Origin: Nanobdellota archaeon
GTDB taxonomy: Archaea; Nanobdellota; Nanobdellia; Woesearchaeales; SM23-78
Assembly (NCBI GenBank): GCA_038046485.1
Contig: JBBSWA010000031.1
Span: 13,270-45,269, forward strand
DNA: 32,000 bases
Direction: 5' to 3'
Shown here: positions 25,074-31,790 of the stretch, in pieces
Numbering within the stretch: the stretch's first letter is position 1
How the letters are laid out: every line of letters begins with the position of its first letter
Notes under the pieces: model-generated
The model's database searches: none
What the model saw: the letters and a program-made list of their open reading frames with translations, nothing else
What the model was told of the DNA's origin: nothing
Made by a program: the position numbers and the translations under genes

Positions 25074-27146
25074 TTACTTCTTCCAATGTAGCCCAGCATA
25101 GAATGAACGACCTGGTGCCGGCTCATAGTAACGGCCATTGTTTGGATCCACATCCACTTGAGTTGAGCCGCTGAAGCGAGCATCTGTCAGGTTTTTGCCT
25201 TCCAAGAATAGACCAAAACCTTTGAATTTAACTTCTCCGCTTACATTCAATGCCGTATGCCCTTTATTGGTTACTGTATTTGGGCTATCTAAGAAATAAC
25301 TATCTAGTACGGAATCCACACTGGGTGCTATCTCGAACCCACTACTGTCATAGCGTACTTCTGCATGAAGTACCTGGTTGGGTGCGCCGGGAAGCTTGTT
25401 GTCCTCAAATATAGAATGATCCACAAAATGGAAATCACTGAGTGTGTATGCTGCGCGCATTCCTAGATGGTCTCCTTCGCGAGCTATGTTTTCTGCGATG
25501 CGCACACCTACCCCCAATTCTAATCCACTATGCCGTGATTTAGGAGCATTTACATAACTGGGAATGGTGAATGGAGCGCCTGGGAAGGGCTGAAGATTCA
25601 CATTTAGGAGTTCATTTGCCCAATCTGATCTGTATACTGCGGCGTCTAATGTTATGTGCTCTCCGATTTGTCCACGTGTACCCAGTTCAAACTGCCAAGC
25701 ACTTTGCGCTTTCAGCGGTAAAAAACCTTGTTCTGCCCCGAAACTGGTGAGTTCGAGTGTTAACGGAGATTCATAGGAACGACTGGCATTGCCAAATACC
25801 TGTGCCTTTTTCGCAACGCGCCACACAAAGCCTACTTTGGGCTGGATGGCTTGATAGGTTCTTGCATCTGAGCTGTCCCCCTCACTTGGAAATCGATCCT
25901 CAAACATCCGTCTTGAAGAATCAAACCGTGCGCCGGTTACGAGTGTGAAGTTGCTTGTGAGATCCCATTGATTTTCAGCATATATTCCTAGGTTGGTGGT
26001 GTCTGCTCGAAAGTCACCCGTTAGCTCTCCTTTTTTACCCGCGTCATTTACAAAACGATGTTCTGTGTTTCCGCCCAGCTGAGGAGCAAAGCCGATCACG
26101 AAGCGATCTTTTTTACCATTGAATTTGTAAGCAAGATCGGCGCCGATTGTATGCTGACTCTGCCTTAAGACCTGAAAGATGGGATGTTCCACTTCTCGAT
26201 TATGCCCATACAGCGTGACAGCAACGACATTCTGATCATTGATGCGATGATTTACTGTGAAAGCCACGTGGGCGAAATCATAATTGCGCCCCCACTGTTG
26301 CTCTACATTCGTTGGATCTGCCATTTGAGGATTTGATTTAAACTCTTGGAGCGTGAGTGCACCTGGAAGTTCTTCGGTGACATGCGCGTAAGCTATATCG
26401 AGACGTGTATCTGTTTTTTGAGTTGGTCTCCAAACGAGATTTGAAAAGAGCCTTTGTCTACCTTGTTCACTGTGCTTTCGATATCCACCTAGCTCTGTAT
26501 CTGAAAGACTTATGTAGTAGCCCATATGTCCGTTGTCGTTTCCTGAAGAAAATTGACCCTTGAACAACCCATTTGAGCCTGCGCCTAAACGAAGCTGTAG
26601 CGGGGAAGCCGTAGCACCGGTTTCTGTGACAAAGTTAATGGCACCACCCATGGTGTTTCCCCCAAGGCGCAATGCATTTGCTCCTTTCCATACTTCCACA
26701 CGATTGGTGGCTGAAGGATCCCAACTTTCAAAGTCACTGAATCCATCTGCATCTCCATACGGAACGCCATTGAATAACACATTTGTTCCACGATGATGGA
26801 AGTTATTGCGCCCCCCACTACCACGGATAGAGACCTGACTTTCATCGGCACCTGTTCTGGATGGAGCAAAAACCCCTGGCGTAAATGCAAGGACATCTTC
26901 CAAGTTGTGAGCACGTGTTCTTTGAATGTCTTCTGAAGTAACTTCTGTTACACTCCCTGGGACTTGATCTAATTCTGATTTGGAGTGTTCGATTACTGTT
27001 ACAGTAAGATTTACTGCTGGAATTTTAGAATCTGTACTTTCAGCTGCAACTTGCTGAGGTTCTTCTTTTGGTCCAGTGTAGGCCCCACTTGGACGCACAA
27101 GAGATCCAGCAAGCAACGCTGGAAACAAGATGTTTCTTAATTTCAT
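25074..27146 (-). CDS. TonB-dependent receptor (bacterial outer-membrane plug plus 22-strand beta-barrel family)
   Basis: Signal peptide. Plug blocks 'VPGSVTEVTSEDIQRTRAHNLEDVLAFTPGV', 'VSIRGSGG', 'VLFNGVPYGD' and 'RVEVWKGANALRLGGNTMGGAINFVT'. Barrel-end block 'GKNLTDARF...YYEPAPGRSFYAGLHWKK'. Confidence 0.88.
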   Translation of the reverse strand: MKLRNILFPALLAGSLVRPSGAYTGPKEEPQQVAAESTDSKIPAVNLTVTVIEHSKSELDQVPGSVTEVTSEDIQRTRAHNLEDVLAFTPGVFAPSRTGADESQVSIRGSGGRNNFHHRGTNVLFNGVPYGDADGFSDFESWDPSATNRVEVWKGANALRLGGNTMGGAINFVTETGATASPLQLRLGAGSNGLFKGQFSSGNDNGHMGYYISLSDTELGGYRKHSEQGRQRLFSNLVWRPTQKTDTRLDIAYAHVTEELPGALTLQEFKSNPQMADPTNVEQQWGRNYDFAHVAFTVNHRINDQNVVAVTLYGHNREVEHPIFQVLRQSQHTIGADLAYKFNGKKDRFVIGFAPQLGGNTEHRFVNDAGKKGELTGDFRADTTNLGIYAENQWDLTSNFTLVTGARFDSSRRMFEDRFPSEGDSSDARTYQAIQPKVGFVWRVAKKAQVFGNASRSYESPLTLELTSFGAEQGFLPLKAQSAWQFELGTRGQIGEHITLDAAVYRSDWANELLNVNLQPFPGAPFTIPSYVNAPKSRHSGLELGVGVRIAENIAREGDHLGMRAAYTLSDFHFVDHSIFEDNKLPGAPNQVLHAEVRYDSSGFEIAPSVDSVLDSYFLDSPNTVTNKGHTALNVSGEVKFKGFGLFLEGKNLTDARFSGSTQVDVDPNNGRYYEPAPGRSFYAGLHWKK

Positions 27147-27198
27147 ATTTTATTGAATAAAGCAAGTTACTTATATATCCTTAGGGACGAAAAACGAA

Positions 27199-27720
27199 CT
27201 ATTCTTCCCAAGTGTCCACAAATTTATCCACTAACTTATCCAAGAAGCTTTCTTTATACGCAATGAGGATCTTTACTACTTCATCCTTGTCTTTTAATTC
27301 GTATGTTTTTTCCCTTCCTTTCTTGCGGGAAACAATCACGTTTTGTTTTTCAAGTACGTTCAGATAGGTGGTAATTGTGGAAGGAAACTTACCGAGCTCC
27401 TTTACGAGCTCTTTATGGTTTACCCCTTTATCTGTTAATAGCTTTAAGACGATTCGTCGATAAGCCCCTTGTTGTAAAACTCCTAATAAATTACGCTCGT
27501 AGTCGTTCAACCCCAAAGGGAAAAGGCGCTTATTTCCCCTGCTTTTTTCAACCTTGATCAGGTTTTTCTTTTCCAGGTATCTTAAATGGTATTCTAGATT
27601 GCCTGTTCCTCTGTTATATAATCGATATAAAGCCCTGAAATGGATGCCTGGGAACTGCTCGATTAAAGAATAAATCTTCTTTCTGGTCTCTAACAGCAAA
27701 GCGTCCTCTTTTTGCTTCAT
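27199..27720 (-). CDS. transcription regulator with two tandem winged-helix domains (ArsR/archaeal wHTH type)
   Basis: Two wHTH units: 'IYSLIEQFPGIHFRALYRLYNRGTGNLEYHLRYLEKKNLIKVE' and 'RIVLKLLTDKGVNHKELVKELGKFPSTITTYLNVLEKQNVIVSRKKGREKTYEL'. Confidence 0.75.
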   Translation of the reverse strand: MKQKEDALLLETRKKIYSLIEQFPGIHFRALYRLYNRGTGNLEYHLRYLEKKNLIKVEKSRGNKRLFPLGLNDYERNLLGVLQQGAYRRIVLKLLTDKGVNHKELVKELGKFPSTITTYLNVLEKQNVIVSRKKGREKTYELKDKDEVVKILIAYKESFLDKLVDKFVDTWEE

Positions 27721-27980
27721 CTTAAAATCCCAAGAGCGAACAACACGAGAATGACTAAGCTAAGGGCATGGGTGAAGACCTCCACGGATGCTGAGCCCCA
27801 TACGATTATATTCATCGCCAAAACCACTTCCTTGATTGCGAAAATCAAGAACGCTGCGCAGATGAACAAGAACTTCCTGTTTTTATTCCGCTGATAGACC
27901 AAAGAGGCCAAGCCGAACAAGGATAGAGACAAGGCTGCTGTTACAAAATGCAAGAGATGATGCCATGAAATTACTTCCAT
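27717..27980 (-). CDS. small 3-TM membrane protein, translationally coupled to the wHTH regulator
   Basis: 87 aa with three hydrophobic helices. ATGA overlap with the downstream regulator gene at 27717-27720. Confidence 0.6.
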   Translation of the reverse strand: MEVISWHHLLHFVTAALSLSLFGLASLVYQRNKNRKFLFICAAFLIFAIKEVVLAMNIIVWGSASVEVFTHALSLVILVLFALGILR

Positions 27981-28015
27981 TACGTTAGAAAATCCATTTG
28001 GTTTTATAAATTTGA

Positions 28016-29329
28016 CTACATCTCATCCATTCGGATTTGTTGATAAGGCTTTTTATACACTTTTTCAAAGATCACTTTTCTTTCTAAGATCATCACGGCT
28101 ATGAATAAGACGGACATCAAGCCAAGCTGCACCCAGGCAAACTCCTTTAAGGAACCGTGGAACAAAAGGATAAAGACCAAGTCACACATGAAGGCGAGCC
28201 ACAATAAGGCAATGTTGTCATACTCTTCTTTTGCTAGCTTATATGAATAGACTAGATTGATGATGGACAATAACGTGAAAGCCAGGGTCCCTGCGAAGAG
28301 AATTTCTGAACCTCCAAAACTCGAGCCGAAAACCGCTGTGACAATCCACTTGGGAAACAGAAGAAAAATCAACAGCAGCACCCCAGATGAGATCAAGTGG
28401 TAACGTAAGATGGACTTGAAATACGGTGCTGTTTCCGCACTTGTGCTAAATGCTTCTACAACTTTTGGAAAGAATACGCTTGCAAGTGATATGGAAATCA
28501 TGAAGGGGATCTTAAAAAGCATAGACAATGCAAGATAATTGCCTGCTAGCTCACTTGAAAGGTAGTGTTTTGCAAAAATCACATCTAGATACAACAGAAT
28601 GGAAAGGGCAAGAGAAACGCAGCATACTGGCCAAGCATACCTCAAGATTTCATGACGCTTTACTTGATATAGCTTGATGCGCTTCCATTTCATAAGTGGC
28701 TTTAATGCAATCAGATATGCGCCTACGGTTCCTAGAACGAATGCCGCTATGGCCCCATTTGTCTTAAATCCTATGAAGAACAAACCTACTACTAGCAAAA
28801 GCCTAAACAAGGGATCGAAAAACTTGAGTAGACTCAACTGGAAAAACTCTTGCAAGCCTCTCAAGGTGCCGTTCACGACCGGCTCTATTGTCGCTAGGAT
28901 GATTCCTGCTCCGAGCCAGAACACCGTTCCTTCATTTTTCATATGAAAAAAAGAACTCACCCATCCATTAAATAGAAAGAGGAGCAATGCAATGACTATC
29001 CCTACTGAGAAAAATACTTTAAACGCTGAAATGGAAAGATACATGATCATTTCCACCTGGCTTCTTGTTCGGTAATAGGAGATGAATTTGGTAATGACCA
29101 TTTCACTTACAAGTCCTGCAATGGCTACCGCAAGAATGATTGAGGTTATGACTCCTACTGTTCCGTACTCTTCTGGACCCAATTTCCTTGAAGTAATCAC
29201 ATGAAATACTAAGTTAAAGAGACTTCCAGCTAGAGTCATTAAGCCCAGCATTGCTGTCGTCTTAAACAGGTCTAGGTCCCACTCTTTAGACCGAGACTTC
29301 CACCAGAACCAAGACTTAAACGGATCCAT
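28016..29329 (-). CDS. MOP-superfamily polysaccharide/oligosaccharide flippase (Wzx-like)
   Basis: 437 aa with about 12-14 TM helices. Overall pattern of 'polysaccharide biosynthesis protein' type transporters. No catalytic motif expected. Confidence 0.65.
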   Translation of the reverse strand: MDPFKSWFWWKSRSKEWDLDLFKTTAMLGLMTLAGSLFNLVFHVITSRKLGPEEYGTVGVITSIILAVAIAGLVSEMVITKFISYYRTRSQVEMIMYLSISAFKVFFSVGIVIALLLFLFNGWVSSFFHMKNEGTVFWLGAGIILATIEPVVNGTLRGLQEFFQLSLLKFFDPLFRLLLVVGLFFIGFKTNGAIAAFVLGTVGAYLIALKPLMKWKRIKLYQVKRHEILRYAWPVCCVSLALSILLYLDVIFAKHYLSSELAGNYLALSMLFKIPFMISISLASVFFPKVVEAFSTSAETAPYFKSILRYHLISSGVLLLIFLLFPKWIVTAVFGSSFGGSEILFAGTLAFTLLSIINLVYSYKLAKEEYDNIALLWLAFMCDLVFILLFHGSLKEFAWVQLGLMSVLFIAVMILERKVIFEKVYKKPYQQIRMDEM

Positions 29330-29381
29330 CCTTCACCTATCCTGAGCTAAAGAAAGAGGCTTATAAAGCTTTCTTAGTAAC

Positions 29382-29515
29382 CTGTCAAGAACCCCCAATA
29401 TAGCTCGACGATATGCCGTTTTGCGGCATGTTACTTATTTATAAGCGGTTCTTGATCACGTCAGAATTCTATCTAATTTACTTATTTTAGATAGATGGAA
29501 TTCAGAACGTTTAAA
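29382..29515. repeat. right copy of the inverted promoter/operator-like module
   Basis: See the left copy. Block order is mirrored: 29382-29392, 29441-29468, 29499-29515. Block 1 contains TTTAAATA, 24 nt before the ATG at 29540. Extra hairpin atgccg-ttttg-cggcat within the longer b2-b3 spacer. Confidence 0.8.
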
Positions 29516-29539
29516 TAAGGTGTTTCTATTATATGTTTC

Positions 29540-29674
29540 ATGAGCGAACTCGATAAAATCCGCAAGAAACTCGAGAAAGAGTTTGAAGAGAAGATTGAGG
29601 TCGATGAAGAAAGCGACCATCCCATTCATGAAAAGTACACGAAACCCAAAAAAGCGAAGTGGACGAAAGAATAA
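29540..29674 (+). CDS. 44-aa K/E-rich ORF at the leaderless position of the duplicated promoter; either a separate micro-protein or the frameshifted N-terminus of the next gene
   Basis: My own translation is MSELDKIRKKLEKEFEEKIEVDEESDHPIHEKYTKPKKAKWTKE. It overlaps the 5' part of ORF 29583-30254 in another frame. An A6 run lies at 29648-29653. Confidence 0.35.
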   Translation: MSELDKIRKKLEKEFEEKIEVDEESDHPIHEKYTKPKKAKWTKE

Positions 29675-30254
29675 GTTGGTTCCTAAGCGAACTTCGCCTA
29701 CTGTTCTTCAAGCCTTAGAGCTCATTCCTAACCAGATCACTTTTTTACGACTGTTGCTCTTATTCCCACTATGGTACACGGCGCTCTTTAACTATAGAAC
29801 TTCCTTTGTCTTTTTTTTCCTTCTTGCCGGGGCCACGGATATTTTGGATGGTTATTTAGCGCGTAAGCTCAACCAAGTCACACATTTTGGTGCGGCATTT
29901 GACAGCTTGGTGGATAACTTGATTGGGCTATCCATGGTCTTTTGGGCGTATCTATGGCTGCCTGAGCTGATCCAAGACCACCTCGTACTCATCATCTGGA
30001 TTTTCATCCTGCTTGCCGTCAACCTGAGTTTACAGCTGTGGACCTATCACCGATTCCTTCCTTTGCATCTTTACTCTGGAAAGTTGGAATTGATTTTGAT
30101 TTACTTGTTCTTTGCCCATGCTGTCCTCTATGGGTATTCTAACTTATTCCTATCTATTTGCGTGATTGTCGGAGTCGTTACACTCATTGAAGAAATCATC
30201 ATCACGTTGCAACGCAGAACCATGCATGAAGGAACTAAGACTGTGTTTCATTGA
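29583..30254 (+). CDS. CDP-alcohol phosphatidyltransferase family protein (archaeal phospholipid head-group synthase type)
   Basis: Perfect D(x2)DG(x2)AR(x8)G(x3)D(x3)D motif in 'DILDGYLARKLNQVTHFGAAFDSLVD'. Multiple TM helices. Start uncertain: TTG 29583, ATG 29604 (preceded by gaggt) or ATG 29628. Confidence 0.82.
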   Translation: MKRRLRSMKKATIPFMKSTRNPKKRSGRKNKLVPKRTSPTVLQALELIPNQITFLRLLLLFPLWYTALFNYRTSFVFFFLLAGATDILDGYLARKLNQVTHFGAAFDSLVDNLIGLSMVFWAYLWLPELIQDHLVLIIWIFILLAVNLSLQLWTYHRFLPLHLYSGKLELILIYLFFAHAVLYGYSNLFLSICVIVGVVTLIEEIIITLQRRTMHEGTKTVFH

Positions 30255-30257
30255 ACT

Positions 30258-30749
30258 TTATCGTTTAGAGGGTATTTGGCTTACTTGATTCAAACGTATG
30301 GCTTGAATTTTTAATCTTTCTCGTTTGTCTAAAAACTTATCTTTGAACATATCCACCGTACCTTTAATCTCTTCCAAGACAAAAACAGGTTTACCCATCT
30401 GATAAGCAAAAGTCACTTCCATTAAGGTTCCACTTCCGCCACCTAGCACCAAAAGCGCATCTGTATTCTTTACAAAAACGAGTTCTCTAGACATGCGCGG
30501 AAGATTCGTATTAAGGGCTTGGAAACCTAATTTTTTTGCTTCCTTTTCTTCTCTTTTGTCACAGACGAAACATGTCGGCTTCTTTACCTTAGCTATTTCT
30601 TTACACATTTCCATAGGCAATGATTCTGGATCAAAACAGATCAACACGTCGAGTTCGTTTTTCAATAATTCTTTCCCTACTTCATGAGCTATCTCGATCT
30701 CTTCCTTTGTTAATTGGAATGCGGATCCGACAACGCCGAGTTTTATCAT
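30258..30749 (-). CDS. LOG / TIGR00725-like Rossmann-fold nucleotide-binding protein
   Basis: 'LLVLGGGSGTLMEVTFA' matches the PGGxGTxxE signature of the LOG (lysine-decarboxylase-like) superfamily. The start lies 1 nt after the upstream gene's stop. Confidence 0.65.
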   Translation of the reverse strand: MIKLGVVGSAFQLTKEEIEIAHEVGKELLKNELDVLICFDPESLPMEMCKEIAKVKKPTCFVCDKREEKEAKKLGFQALNTNLPRMSRELVFVKNTDALLVLGGGSGTLMEVTFAYQMGKPVFVLEEIKGTVDMFKDKFLDKRERLKIQAIRLNQVSQIPSKR

Positions 30750-30750
30750 T

Positions 30751-31590
30751 TTATGCTCTTCCTTTTCCTTTGTACATGGACTCCAACTCCTTAACTAATT
30801 CAACCACTCTTGGCAATTTATCTCCAGCGTGCGGGCTAAAGTAATCTCTCATGTCTACATTTAAGCTTCTCCCTAAGTATGAATTAGGACGGGCCATCTC
30901 TAAAAACAGGTTTGGTGAAGTTTGTTCTGTTTTTATGCCTTGCCTTTTGAATCCTCCTAAAAATTCATCCATATCTCTGTTGTACAGCGATCGGTACATC
31001 GTCTCTAGAAATTCAGATGCCGATACATCTCTATTGTTTGCACGAATCGGCTGGACAAAATCGTCTAGGTGCCAGACAGCATCAAAGCCAGATACATCCC
31101 TTGCGCTTCTGGATCGAAGGCCTAATTTACCCAATTTTTTTGGAGCATGCCTCCCCATGAGCTCTAAAACAGCAACATCGAGACCGTATGCGCTCTTTAC
31201 TTCTTCTATTGACCTTCCTGTGAAAGCAACGCTATCTAAGAATATCTTGTAAGCCTCTTGCTGTTTCGAACTTAACAGTGGGAAATGCTTTCGATGACCT
31301 TTTGTTTTCCACTCTATCACATTTGCCACTCTGGAAATGTCTACTGGAACTACTTCTTCGCCTTTTAAGATATCTTGGTACAACTCTTGCTCAGGTGTTA
31401 TGAACAGAACAGGACAACCCGCTCTTTCTTTTTCCTCTTGAACGATTTTTGCTACTCTCTTGAGATCTACTCTAGCATCTTGAAATTCATGCGAAACGTC
31501 AACATAAGGGCAAAGGGTACTAATAAGCTCTTTAGACAAATCCAAGAATCGATTCGTGTTTTGAACTCTTGGAATGATCTCAGAAGTCAC
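30751..31590 (-). CDS. hypothetical protein (orphan), GTG start
   Basis: 279-aa ORF with no motif recognised. Co-directional and adjacent to the LOG-like gene. The GTG start lies 10 nt after the stop of an SD-preceded micro-ORF. Confidence 0.55.
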   Translation of the reverse strand: MTSEIIPRVQNTNRFLDLSKELISTLCPYVDVSHEFQDARVDLKRVAKIVQEEKERAGCPVLFITPEQELYQDILKGEEVVPVDISRVANVIEWKTKGHRKHFPLLSSKQQEAYKIFLDSVAFTGRSIEEVKSAYGLDVAVLELMGRHAPKKLGKLGLRSRSARDVSGFDAVWHLDDFVQPIRANNRDVSASEFLETMYRSLYNRDMDEFLGGFKRQGIKTEQTSPNLFLEMARPNSYLGRSLNVDMRDYFSPHAGDKLPRVVELVKELESMYKGKGRA

Positions 31591-31600
31591 CCAGAAAACG

Positions 31601-31663
31601 TTAGAGCTCGGACTGCTTGAAGTAAAGGCCCTCAGCGCGTGGTTGCGCAGTTTCAGTTGTCAT
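31601..31663 (-). CDS. 20-codon micro-ORF (MTTETAQPRAEGLYFKQSEL) with a strong Shine-Dalgarno site; candidate leader peptide or uORF
   Basis: On the minus strand, caAGGAGGAttcaacATG. This is the strongest SD-like site I noticed in the window. The stop TAA lies 10 nt before the GTG of the 279-aa ORF, in a different frame. Confidence 0.3.
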   Translation of the reverse strand: MTTETAQPRAEGLYFKQSEL

Positions 31664-31790
31664 GTTGAATCCTCCTTGTGGTTTCTGTACACCTATGTAT
31701 TGAGTGAGAGCTCAACCTTAATATATATTATTGTATAATATTCAAATAATATGCATTAAATATATAAATAACCGTAGATTATACCATATT

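Noticed and set aside
25074-27146. Dismissing the TonB-dependent receptor as bacterial contamination of the contig
   Set aside because: I did not adopt this as the default. The gene is embedded between archaeal-type genes on both sides with short spacers and carries a host-like TATA box at about -29. Chimeric assembly cannot be excluded without read data, so it is listed as the key refutation test in the finding.
29533-29556. Tiny ORF ATG 29533 (MFHERTR, then stop) just upstream of ATG 29540
   Set aside because: It has only 7 codons. The matching spacing of the duplicated promoter to ATG 23311 points to 29540 as the functional equivalent start.
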